Part shown: positions 33,065 to 44,960 of the stretch, piece by piece
Position numbering within the stretch: the first letter of the stretch is position 1
Layout: each line of letters opens with the position of its first letter
Made by a program: the position numbers and the translations under genes
The notes under the pieces: generated by a model
Told to the model about the DNA's origin: nothing
Databases searched by the model: none
The model's input: only the letters and a program-made list of their open reading frames with translations
Assembly: GCA_027923505.1 (NCBI GenBank)
Contig: BROI01000004.1
Coordinates: 1,054,001-1,118,000, forward strand
Origin: Mayamaea pseudoterrestris
Lineage: Eukaryota
Reading direction: 5' to 3'
DNA: 64,000 nucleotides

Positions 33065-36000
33065 ATGAATATGATGAAAACGACCAAGCTTGCTCTGCTG
33101 CTTGCTGCTGCAGCATTCTCCGCGTGCGCCAATGGAGAAGGGCGCATCGTCCTCGACAAGGTGAACGAAACAGAAACAATTTCATTGGAGACGAGTGAAA
33201 CGCAGGAGGATGCAGTTGCTGCTTCATTGTCAGCATCATTCCTCTCTGTCGGAGACACTGCCAAAGGTACGCTAACCAGCAGGACGACCAAGGAATATTC
33301 CTTGCTTTTTGCGAAATTGCTTGGCTTTCACCTCACCTTTTAAATTCGTCATTTTGTTTCTCACTTGCAGGCCACGTCGCGTCGTCAAAAGGCTCTATTC
33401 GAGCAACCATGCAACAGCCGTCGCTCCAGGCATCTGCTACAAGTTCGCGCGAGCTGTCGGAGAAGAATTCACTGTCGAAACATCATCGCCGGATATCATC
33501 CATTCGCAACCGCCGACGTGAATTAACGGCCAGCACTCAGCAGCAGCGCAGCCTCGTTGCCGGATGCGTTGCTCCGGTGCCGTCCCCCATTTCGACGAGA
33601 CGCCCGACCATGATGCCGACGCGAAGGCCGACCATGAAGCCATCCAACACGCGCAAGCCGACGAATGCTCCGATCAAAGCACCAACGCGATCGCCGAACT
33701 GGGTGAGTGTTTGTGTGGAAGCGCTGTTTGTTGAGAGTCGTCGGCAAAGTGAAAGGCGGATACTAACCACATTACATTGCATTCTCTACTTAGATTACTT
33801 GCGGACCTTCGGTTCGCCGCGCATGGCACGACACTAGCTGTGAGGACCGGAAAGTCTATCTGAACGCCTTGCGATTGCTCTACAAACTCCCAGCGACAAA
33901 CTCGCTGGGCGTTCCAACCTTTTTCGATTTTGTACGACTCCATACCAACGCAAGAAACAACTACGTTGCCCACGGCGACTCCGACGGTCCCTTTTTGCAT
34001 TGGCATCGTTGGTACATATACAAGTTTGAGCAAGCGCTGCAGCTAGTGTCTGGCACATGCGTCACGCTTCCGTACTGGGACACGAGCAAGAATTGCAAGA
34101 ATCCCTATGAATCGGAAGTACTCAAGCCGGAATCGTTTGGTTCATACGACAACCTTGGTCTCGATAATTGTGTGCTTGATGGCGTTGCCAATAAGGACTT
34201 TTGGACCGAGACGGTGACGGGCGGTTGTTTGAAACGGTGAGTCTCTTTTTCTCATCTTTGTGCGAACAAGCGCATTGCAACATCTCACAAGTATTTGCCA
34301 ATGACCTTTAGAGCGTTCGACAATACTTTCGCATACTTTCCAACGGAACCGGAGCTTGCTCGATTGATCACGAGCTATCCCTTGTTCGGCAATGGATTCT
34401 CGGGCTTCTCGAACAATCTCCAAGGTGGACCCCACGGATCTGTACATAATTGGATTGGATACAACATGGCGACAATGGCAAGTCCAGGTAAGGAAACGCA
34501 TGTCTTTGTACAGCCGTTAAAGCCGTGGTTCCATGCGCACTCACCTTCATTTCCGTGCATCCACAGACGATCCATTGTTCATGCTTCACCACGGTACGTT
34601 TGTTCACAACTACTCTATACAATGCTACGCCAACCTTAGAGCATGGACTCAAATGACTTGTTTCATTATCTACAGCGAATGTTGACAGAATCTGGGCGCT
34701 CTACCAAGATTTCTACAACCAAGATCTCATTAACAAACAGTCACTTTCGGACGCGCAATATGCTACTGGGCGCGAAATCGACGTTGACACCCCGCTCCCT
34801 TACTTTGATGGTGGCAACTATCCTGAATTTTTCAATACCCCCGATGGTCGTTTACCGACTCCCCGCGACGTCCACCATAACTACGGCAACATTATTCAAG
34901 TCACATTCGCTAACGACAAACTTGGACAGATTCTCATGTCCATGGACTCAAGATACGCTACCAACAACAATCCAAACTGGTTTCAACTCGCAACTGGGGA
35001 TGTGAATGACATTAGCTGCTCAAGGCGACTTGAAGAAGAACAAGGAAGTATTGCGTCTGAAGAAGTGAACGAAGTTCTTGGAATCCCTGACGATGTTCCA
35101 CCGTTTACCGACATTGAAGCAAGAATTATTTGGAGCAACCTGACATCGCAAGGTTTGTCGCCGTCACAAGCTCTCAACTCACTCGTATACATTCAATGCG
35201 AAGAGGAGGGCAACGGGCTTCGAGCATCACCAGAATGGATTGCGATGCAGGGAATGCCAGAGGACTATTTTCAATGCTTCAGCCGTGGCGACCCAAGCGA
35301 CTGCGAGGCTGAGATAGAAATGGTATCGAGCGATGACTCCCTGCAGCCCAACTCCGACCCTGTGAATATTCTTAGCTTTGACGAGACCTCGGTCACTATC
35401 TCGCTTTCTCAGGTGTGGAAGCCAGGGACACTTGATATGGTCGCTTTGCATTACATTGACACTAATGGCATCGGACGCTGCGACATTGCCGAAGACGTCT
35501 TCACCGGCGAGTTTGGCTTTATCGAAGCCGAATGCCGAAACGGTTTCACTGGAGTCATGATCTTTGCCACCGACGCGACGTTTCCCGTGTCGGCAAAAGG
35601 CGACTGGTTGACGGATTTGTGTAGAGAATCCGGCGTTCCGTCGGAGGGAACGCTCGCTTATTCGACCCTTATTCCTTGCAGCTTAAAAGGGGCTCAGTGT
35701 CCACAGCCGTCGGCTACTGATCCGCTTTGTGATGGCACTCCAAATTATGTGGTGGCTAGTGAAACATTCAAGTCCGACGCCGACGGATGGATCTTTGGTA
35801 CGCCGGGAAAGAACGCTGAGCAAGGGACGTTTCTCAAACCGCAGAGTGGTACGAGCAAGACATACAAGGTGCCATCAACTGCGAACGGTCTTACTGTCAC
35901 TTTGACGGTATACGAACTCGATTGCTCCATAGCCACGGAAATTTCCATTTTCGTCGGCATGGAACCCATTTCACTCGGCACCTTTAGTTGCTCGCTAAAT

Positions 36001-36246
36001 GATGATCGCAGCATTTCTTCTGGCAATATTAAAGCGCAGGTTGTCAGTGTCGCCAAAAAAGTTGATAAAGTTGTCTTGAGCATTCCACCGGAGAAGTTCA
36101 AGGATGATGGACGATTGACGCTTGGCTTGAGCAACCCCATGATTGGATTTGGCAGTGTGTCTATCACGGCTGACTGCACAGCGCAATTCCCGACTTGGAA
36201 AGACCCAGAAGTCGTGAGCATTATTGAACAAGTGAGCGAGCCTTAG
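33065..36246 (+). CDS. Secreted multidomain tyrosinase 2 (tandem paralog); 6 exons
   Basis: Signal peptide MKTTKLALLLAAAAFSACANG; short PT repeat; VRLH...AHG...FLHWHRWY, PYWD; HGSVHNWIG...SP|DDPLFMLHH|ANVDRIW. Intron positions in the catalytic domain match paralog 1, and the C-terminal ~430 aa are colinear with it. Confidence 0.92.
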
Positions 36247-36417
36247 ACAAGATGCAATTAGACGCTCATCCCAACAAATGCATACATATATACTTTTACT
36301 TTACTTCAAATACTTGAATTTTCTAATTGTAAATGCTAGGGGACTCTAATGTGACACTTGGAACGCAGCTGTCCTTTTACGTGAAGCGTGTAATGGAATC
36401 TACAGCGCTGTCGGCAT

Positions 36418-38022
36418 TCAACGCTGTCGGCGCAGCACCTGATCGACCAAACTGTTCGATAGTTGTTGAGTCTGCATGAAGTCTCGCATAAACATTATTG
36501 ACTCCGTTGCCAAATCGACTGCAGAATGGCCATTGATCAGCTTCCCACTGAGTCGATCTGGAGGCAAATGCGACCGCAGCGCATCTGTCTTGCCAGATTC
36601 TATCATGGACAAGACATCCAAAACTGCATCAAGATCATTCATCTTCATAAAAGGACAAGTCGCGCAACCGCCAGCTGTACTGCATCCTTCGCCGCCCGCA
36701 ACGCCAGGCACGAGTGGCAAGCTGCTGTCACCTTCGTCCGTCGCCATGACTGCATCCGACGCTACTGGGAAAATTATTTCAGCTTCAACACCTTCATTGC
36801 CCGTTTCCTCCAGAATTTGTTGCACCGACTGCACGATCGATGTCACCATTCCCGCTTCTGTTCCCAGTATAAACTTGAAGCGATCCTTTGCGCCACGCGA
36901 AGCGGCACTTTGTACCTTGCGTGAAATAAACTTTAGAATGTCGGATGTTGACCCCACCACTCCGTCATCCGTCAAGGACTTGCTCATGGCAATCTCAAAC
37001 ATTTCGCCGGGTACTTCCAAGTGAGCGGTAACGTAGGCGTCGGAATAATTTCGCTTGACGGCGTCGACAACGGCATTGCCAAACATGTGATGCACCACAC
37101 AATTACCGGATGGAAATACGTGAATTGACTCTCGGAGCCTCTGCAGGGAGTCGCGATTATGTTGAGGGTGCAAGTCGCTGGCAATCTTGTCGTTCGTCCA
37201 ACTAGGTGTAGCTAGTATAATGTCGAGCAGCGTTTCAAGGTTGCGGCCCATGTATGTATCAGGTCCGTAAAGTATCTTTAGATTGTCATCCTTCATTTGC
37301 GCCGATGCTTGCAGCAATGTTGCAAGTACATTGGAGGATGTGCATGTTATCGTTGGAACAATGCTGCTACTGACCGCCTTGGTTTCAAGGCTCGTGTTGA
37401 TGTAAATAACGTGCAGCGCATTTTGACCAGCCGACTCCTTCTGCAACCACGCTCTGTAGCCTTCTCGCTCCGCCGACTCGGCCAAGCTGCATCCAATTGG
37501 AGACTTGGTCGCCCGATACACTGGAATGTCGCCATGCCCATTCTTTTGCAGAATCGTTTGCACCGACTCGCTCATAAAGTCAACGCCCAAGCACGCCACA
37601 TTTTGTACGTTTAAATCCCGACACATGTCGACAGCCATGTCTCCCATTTTCAATGAATCGGCAATTCCAATCCGCGCATCTCCCAGTACTTTAGATGCCG
37701 CCTGAAGGACGCCCTGCAGTTCCACATCCATGTAGTAGTGCGCGACCACGCCGGATTGCGTTGTTTGCAAAGCTTCGGCCAGCAGCGAGACGGAGGCTGG
37801 ATCGGGATCCAAATACATGGCTTGGGCTTCGGCGAAGCTTCCGACGGCTTCCAATCGCTTGTTTGCTCCAATGATGAGGGACGGAAAGTAGTCCACCGAC
37901 TGATTGTAGGCAGCGACGGGTGACGCTGCCGACGACGACTTGAGCCGATGCCGCTGCAATACTCTGCTGAAGGAACCTTGTCTGCATCGCGACGACTGTA
38001 AAATGCGAGTCGAAAGGCTCAT
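36418..38022 (-). CDS. nadA: Quinolinate synthase (NadA, 4Fe-4S), plant-like core
   Basis: VAHYYMD, DSLKM, GVDFMSE, GCSLA, YINTSLETKA, TCTSSN, CVVH, AHLE, GSTS, GTEAG, CPFMKMN; three cluster-ligand Cys present. Confidence 0.93.
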   Translation of the reverse strand: MSLSTRILQSSRCRQGSFSRVLQRHRLKSSSAASPVAAYNQSVDYFPSLIIGANKRLEAVGSFAEAQAMYLDPDPASVSLLAEALQTTQSGVVAHYYMDVELQGVLQAASKVLGDARIGIADSLKMGDMAVDMCRDLNVQNVACLGVDFMSESVQTILQKNGHGDIPVYRATKSPIGCSLAESAEREGYRAWLQKESAGQNALHVIYINTSLETKAVSSSIVPTITCTSSNVLATLLQASAQMKDDNLKILYGPDTYMGRNLETLLDIILATPSWTNDKIASDLHPQHNRDSLQRLRESIHVFPSGNCVVHHMFGNAVVDAVKRNYSDAYVTAHLEVPGEMFEIAMSKSLTDDGVVGSTSDILKFISRKVQSAASRGAKDRFKFILGTEAGMVTSIVQSVQQILEETGNEGVEAEIIFPVASDAVMATDEGDSSLPLVPGVAGGEGCSTAGGCATCPFMKMNDLDAVLDVLSMIESGKTDALRSHLPPDRLSGKLINGHSAVDLATESIMFMRDFMQTQQLSNSLVDQVLRRQR

Positions 38023-38366
38023 GTTTTCTTTATAAAGTGTTTTCAAATCTTATTCGAAGCGGATGTATATCGTAGGTCGGATGACGGAATGATCAGTCAG
38101 TGGATTGTTTTGATGGATGTGTGACAGAACGTTCAAACTCGTGGTTCCCGTGCGTCCGAGTAATCTGTCTATTCAGTGCCGCATGGAGGTATCTATGACA
38201 CGATTTTTTGAGCTTCTCATTTCAGTCGTGCTGACATCGCCACGCCACAAAACAACATGCCGATCGACATCTCCCATCCTTCATCACCTTCCCTACTCGC
38301 TCACCTTTTTTCGAAGCAACAGCTTCATCCTGAAATTGGATCAGTACGAGCATCAATCAAGGGATC

Positions 38367-39802
38367 ATGGCGCATGCTCCAACCGTCACGCTTCCCGTCG
38401 CAGACGCGACCGTCGTCAATGAATCCGAAGCCGACGACTCCGCGTCACATTTCGAAAACAAGGACAGCAAGACTGACGACGAGACTGCTGACAATGACAG
38501 TTCCTGCAGCCGTCGACTGTGCAAATGTCTCACGAGCTTTTACATGACATATGACTTTCTCATTCTCGCCGTTCTGGCAATTCTGTTGGCCAAGGCGTAT
38601 CCTCCTCTCGGCGCCATTTACCTGGCTCCAGAAATCACTGCCACCTGGGTTGCCGTCATTATCATCTTTTTCCTATCCGGACTCAATCTAAAGACGGAGG
38701 AGTTCAAGAATGCCTTTAAGCAAATTGGTTTCAATGTTTACATTCAAGTATACTCCTTCGTCTTTGTTTCTGCCTTTGTGTTTGGCGTGTCGCGTGGACT
38801 TGCCAAGGCTGGTATACTGAGTCAAGACTTGGCGGATGGCTTGGTCATTTGTGCCTGCTTGCCCATGGCCATCAACATGGTGATTGTCTTTACGCGAGCC
38901 GGCAATGGCGATGAAGCCGCCTCCATCTTCAACGCGTCCTTTGCCAATTTAATTGGCGCGCTCGTGAGCCCAGCGCTCATTCTTGCGTATCTTGGGACGC
39001 AAGGCAACATTGACTTGCTGGATGTATTCTACAAGCTTGCTTTGAGGCTACTGCTACCGATTGCAATTGGTCAAATTGTGCGGAATGTGTTCAAGTCTGT
39101 GAGAGAGTTTGTGACAAAGTACAAGTGGTACATTGGCAAGACGCAACAATACTGCCTCATCTTTATCATTTATACCACATTCTGCAAGACCTTTATAAAG
39201 GGTCTGGGAGCTTCAATTGGTAGTATATTCATTCTGAGTACGTACTTGGAAGCAATGGAAGTGTCCGTGGCATTTTGACCCTTTGCTATATTGACTGACG
39301 CCCGCCTTTCTTCCTTCCTGCACACAGTCGCGTTCGAATTCCTCATGCTGGCCGGGCTCATGGCGACGGCCTGGTACTCGCTCAAACTGTTGTTCAAAGA
39401 CAAGCCGAAGCTCCGCGTTATGGGTCTCTTTGGGTGCACGCAAAAGACGGTGGCTGGTACGTCGGACTCGAATTCATATCAGGTTCCACTGTACCTTTTT
39501 TTAACAATCATTTCTCTTTGCATATAGTCGGCATCCCGCTGATAAGTGCCATGTATGGTGATAACCCTGCCGTCGGCTTGTACACGCTTCCGCTCATTAT
39601 TTGGCACACCATGCAGCTTGTGATTGGAACTGCGCTCATGGCGAGACTCTCTGCCTTTGTGAAGAGTGAAGAGGAGCGACTTGGAATAGCTGATACATCG
39701 ACAGAGGAGGTTGAAGCTGAAGACTTGACGTCTGCGGGCGCGGAGGAAGGGGACTTGGTCGTTCCCATTGGGGACGACAAGGAGGGCAGTGTCAAGCGAT
39801 GA
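38367..39802 (+). CDS. SLC10A7: SLC10A7/SBF-like sodium-dependent transporter, copy 1; 3 exons
   Basis: [61 protein letters not shown]. Introns 39238-39327 and 39457-39527. Confidence 0.85.
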
Positions 39803-40159
39803 GAGTATGAGAAACAATAAATTTTGAAACTATTTGCATAGCTGTTGAATCACATAACTTTTTTACACCATGCTGTATTATATATCAGGCTTGATATACA
39901 CGTGGGTTTGCGCATAGTCGGGGCAAACATCAGCTATCGTTGGCAATGCCCAACAAGCTTTACGTTGCAAGTGCCGTTCGCATGTCGCATGCGACTCACA
40001 GTGACGTCCAATGAGAAACGCAGCTCGATCGATGACGATGAACGCCAAGGCAGTTGCTGCTCCTGGCGTTCATCCATTGAACTGCATTCGACGACGCAAG
40101 GCCAATTACCTCTCACTGTTAACAGAAGCGATAGAGACAGAGAAGCATCACCTAGCGAA

Positions 40160-41879
40160 ATGTGTCTCCCGAATGGAAAGGAAGTGGACGAGAAGGATCC
40201 CGAAGCATTGCCTGCAACAAGCACTGCTGACGACGATGAAGAAAGCGACGAGCTAAACAAGGCCAAATTCACTGACGACAACGAAGAGGACGCTCCATCA
40301 TCACCTGGCTGCTCCTGCAAGAGAGTGGTTTCCTTTTACTGGACTTACGAGTTTCTCATTCTCGCCGTCATTGCCATTCTCTTGGCCAGAGCCTACCCTC
40401 CGCTTGGTGCCATCTACCTTGCACCTCAAATTACATCCACTTGGATTGCCGTCTTTATCATTTTCTTGCTTTCGGGCTTGAACTTAAAGACGGAGGAGTT
40501 CAAGAATGCCTTGAAGCAAATTTACTTCAACGTCTACGTCCAAGTGTATAGCTTTGCAGTCGTATCGTCGGTGGTGTTTGGAATTTCTCGGGCGCTTGCC
40601 AAGGCTTCCGTCATTAGTCAGGACCTTGCCGATGGCATGGTGATCTGCGCCTGTCTGCCCATGACAATTAACATGGTTATTGTGTTTACCAGAGCCGCGG
40701 AAGGAGATGAAGCTGCCTCCATTTTCAATGCGTCGTTTGGAAACCTCATTGGCGCCTTTGTCAGCCCTGCTCTCATTCTTGGCTACCTTGGACGACAGGG
40801 CAACCTTGACTTGCTAGACGTCTTTTACAAGCTTGCCATGCGAGTGCTGCTTCCCATTGCGATTGGTCAAATTCTTCGCAATTTGTTTACTCGCGTCAAG
40901 GAGCTCGTGAAAAAGTACAAGGCCTACGTCGGAAGGATTCAGCAGTACTGTCTCATCTTTGTCATTTACACGACCTTTTGCAAAACGTTCATGGAAGGGA
41001 TGGGCGCTTCCATTGGAAGTATCTTCATCGTTAGTAAGTACGGTCAATTGCCTGTTCAAAGTAAACTTCTTTATCGCATATATCACTAACAAACATCTAT
41101 GAATTTGCGCAGTCGTGTTTCAGTTCCTCCTCTTGACGACTCTCATGGCTGGCTCTTGGTACTCTCTTCAGCTGCTTTTCCGCGACCAGCCAAGACTTCG
41201 TGTTATGGGCTTTTTTGGTTGTACTCAAAAGACTGTTGCTGGTAAGACTCACTGGTCTGTTATAGACGCCGCTGTCTGCTAGACGAATGGCTCACACTGT
41301 AATGCCCATATCGTTGATTGCGCAGTCGGTGTGCCGTTGATAGGTGCCATGTTCGAGGACAGCCCTGCTGTAGGTCTCTATACCCTTCCATTGATCATTT
41401 GGTACACAATGCAGCTCGTCATTGGAACAGCTCTGGTGCCGCGACTTGTAGCCTTTGTCCGAAACGAGGAGGTTAGATTAGGTATCAATCAAGACAGTGA
41501 CGACGCTGATAGCCCGGAAACGCCCAAGGAAAGCGAAGAAGTGCAAGTTGAAACAGACGAAGAAAAGGGTGAAGCTGGATTCGATCCGGCGCCTGCTGCA
41601 CTTCCTGTCGTTCCGGAATATAATGTCGCCATGCCATGGATCCAACAAACATTTTCTGGCGAGCATGACTCGGAGGGCGTTAACACGGACACGGATGGTG
41701 TGGAGAATTTATCCTTCTCTGAGCTGGATGCTCTTTCGGTGGCATCGTCTGGGCCAAGGGAGCTTGTGATTGATACGGATGATGATGACGAGGCGGAAAC
41801 CGCAAGTATCCAAGTCGACCTTGACGATTCTGTTTCTGATCAACCTGTCGAAAAGCTTTTGACGTCGCCAGACGAGTAA
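40160..41879 (+). CDS. SLC10A7: SLC10A7/SBF-like transporter, copy 2; 3 exons
   Basis: Same motifs and intron positions (41034-41112, 41242-41325). The start could be the upstream ATG at 39989. Long acidic C-tail. Confidence 0.85.
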
Positions 41880-42755
41880 AGATGCTAAATGTGTATTAAC
41901 TGTTAGTGCTACTATTTATGTCTTGCTACGCACATTATATGCTCTTCATATATCTATTCAAGTAGGATGATACCTCGGGATGGAAGAGGCGGCAGCAAAA
42001 GGCTGCCACTTCGTAAGCGATTATCCTTTGCCAATGCCCGTCCGGAAGCTTCACAGCGTTCACAATTCACTCAGTGTGAATTATAATCTATTCAAAGCCA
42101 TGACCCTAGAATCGTCTTCGTTGAACGGGTCCATTCGAGAATATAATGAGGCCGGCGCAAGGCTTTTTTGAAATCGCCGGTGATAAAGTCTTGCGACCGG
42201 GTAGCTCGAGTACTTATGTATGGTTCAGTTGCATGGCCACGGCATCACCATTATCTTGAGCATTCATTTGCTCCTGGCGTGCTGTCAGTGGTCCATTGGA
42301 AGAAACGGAGACATTCTTAACACATTGTCTATTTTCATTTTGTTCTACTGGGCCGCTCAGTAGTCGCGTGGTCGTTCAGTCGCTCAGTGATGACTGAAGC
42401 TGCACACCATGCTGCGCATCAGTATCACAGAATATGTATCACCACATGTACATGTTCATTGAGTTTTTAGCAGTCATGTTGTCAAAGTTGATGGTGCAAA
42501 GTGGATTGTGGTCGTGGAACGAAATGCTGCATGCGCTATGTGAAAAGTTATGTCCTTTCACTCGTGCTGAACACTGGTTCGATCGTTCGAAAGCATTCCG
42601 ACTCCGACGACGACCAAAACGTTTGACGAGGTTTCACGGCCCGACTTCTTGACCATGATGAGCATCATCACTCATCACACAAATCTACCACGATTGGGAT
42701 TGGCAACCATTGGTGCGTTTGTTACATTGCGTCGTCAGCTTGATCCACAGAGACA

Positions 42756-44309
42756 ATGACGAGTACTACTGCTGAGCAAGAGACTTTGACCATGACAAGT
42801 ATTAGCGACATCAAGTCGCAGGATGTGAGCGACGCTGATCAAGAGACTACGCAAATCGACGAGACCAAAAGCAGTTTTGACAATGACGAAACTGACGTCG
42901 AAGTTAGCTGTTGTCGTAGATTTGTGAATCGCTTACTGGCAATCTACTGGAGCAACGAGTTTCTCTTTCTCGTGGTGCTAAGCATTCTCCTGGCTCGAGC
43001 CTACCCTCCACTGGGCGCCGTCTACTTGGCTCCAGACTATACAGCTTCTTGGATTGCTGTCATTTTCATCTTTCTTCTGTCGGGTTTGAATCTAAAGACG
43101 CAAGAGTTCAAGAACGCCTTCAAGCAAGTCTATTTCAATGCCTACGTGCAATGTTACAACTTTGGCGTCGTTTCCGCCATTGTCTTTGGCGTCTCGCGCG
43201 CCCTCGCCAAGCCCAACGTGTTGACGCAAGATCTGGCGGATGGCATGGTCATTTGCGCCAGTCTACCAATGGCCATTAATTTGGTGACGGTGTTGACCAA
43301 GGCTGGCGGAGGCGACGAAGCGGCATCCATTTTCAACTCTGCCTTTGCCAGTCTCATTGGAGTCTTTCTTTGCCCGGCCTTGATCCTTGGCTACCTTGGT
43401 ACGCAGGGAAGCATTGACTTGGTCGATGTCTTTTACAAGCTTGCCATCAAAGTGTTGTTACCCGTGACGATTGGTCAAATTCTGCAAAAGACGAGCAAGC
43501 GAGTCATGGCTTTTGTGGTCAAGCACAAGAAATACTTTGGAATGGCGCAGCAGTACTTTTTGACGTTTATCATTTACACCGTCTTTTGCACGACGTTTAT
43601 GAACGGATCGCGACAAGGCATTGGCAACATTTTTCTACTAAGTAAGTTTGTGTGTGTTGCGCGCCTGACTGTGATTGTCTGCGCACGTCTGATACGAAAA
43701 TAATACCCGTCCGCTTTCTTTCACAGTCGTCTTTATATTCCTCCTCTTGGTGACGCTGACCGCAGGAGCTTGGTTCTCGCTGAGGTTTCTCTTCAGGGAT
43801 CAACCAAAGCTGGTTGTCATGGGAGTGTTTGGATGCACTCACAAGACGATTGCGAGTAAGTGATGCGCGCTAAGAGTCATTTTGCGGCATGTCGGCCAAA
43901 AACTACTTTTGCTAACATGGCTTCTGCCTATTCTTGTGACATTCGTATAGTCGGCGTTCCGCTCATCAACGCCATTTACCAAGGCAACCCATCCATTGGT
44001 TTGTTGACGCTTCCCTTGCTCGTTTGGCATCCAATGCAGGTGATGATTGGCTCGCTCATTGTGACGCGCCTCCAGGCGTACGTGAAGCGGGAAACGATTC
44101 GACTGAATCTCGAAAGTGACAGTGACAATGCTATTGATCAGCAACAAGGCAAGGCAACTGTTGATGTGGAAACGGGTCACGTTGAGCGGGATGAAGCTGT
44201 CATTGCTGAACAATCAAGCAAGCAAAGTGCGGAGAGGCCGACGGAAGGGTCTGTTACAACATTAGAGGGAGCTGCAGTCCACGTGGGCGGAAATGGCCAT
44301 ACCATGTAA
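42756..44309 (+). CDS. SLC10A7: SLC10A7/SBF-like transporter, copy 3; 3 exons
   Basis: Same motifs (GCTHKT variant). Introns at about 43642-43726 and 43856-43950. Confidence 0.85.
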
Positions 44310-44960
44310 ATTACCTACCGGTAGCTCAACAACTACTTGCTCATAGCTTTTTCGTAAAATGCAATGCTATGCGAGGAACAAGCGTTCAGCATCAATTGGG
44401 CTACTACATACTTTAGCTAACACACATTCAACTGAGAAACGTGGATAGCATTGGCTTCTCCGCGTCGCGCGCGTCGGTACATTTAACCGTGTCACATGTA
44501 AATCGATCAACCTGTGATTGGATGCCATCAAACTTCAACGGCCGCATCACCTTTATGGTGCACGTCATGGTCGGACAGTAACAGAAGGAAGGAAGCACGC
44601 GGAACAAGCATCGGTGTGCAACACGTGCGTTTGTCAAATAGTTCCGCCGAGCCGTGCACTTGTGAGTACGTATTCAATATTGTATGAATCAATGACAAGG
44701 TGTAACGCCGCGGAGACAAGCACCGTCGAACCTCCGCTGGGAAACGTATACGTCACTCTATCTTGAAGTGTACCATGACGCTCCTGGTCGTGACGATCGA
44801 AGGAAGTCGCCGCAGGACGAGGCTTGCATGCCAGAATCGAGTGCGAGACGCACAGGTCAACAGCTGCCATCAAGTCTCCAATTGACTCTTTTTCGGTTTC
44901 AACGTCTTGGTCGGATCTTTTTATAGCTGCCGTTCATTTTTGATACAGGATTGTAACATC

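Noticed and set aside
22984..36246. P1B-ATPase as copper supplier for the neighbouring tyrosinases
   Set aside because: Its signatures (CCxxE, TM Lys, DxG) are Zn/Cd-type, and the Cu+-ATPase YN and MxxSS motifs are absent.
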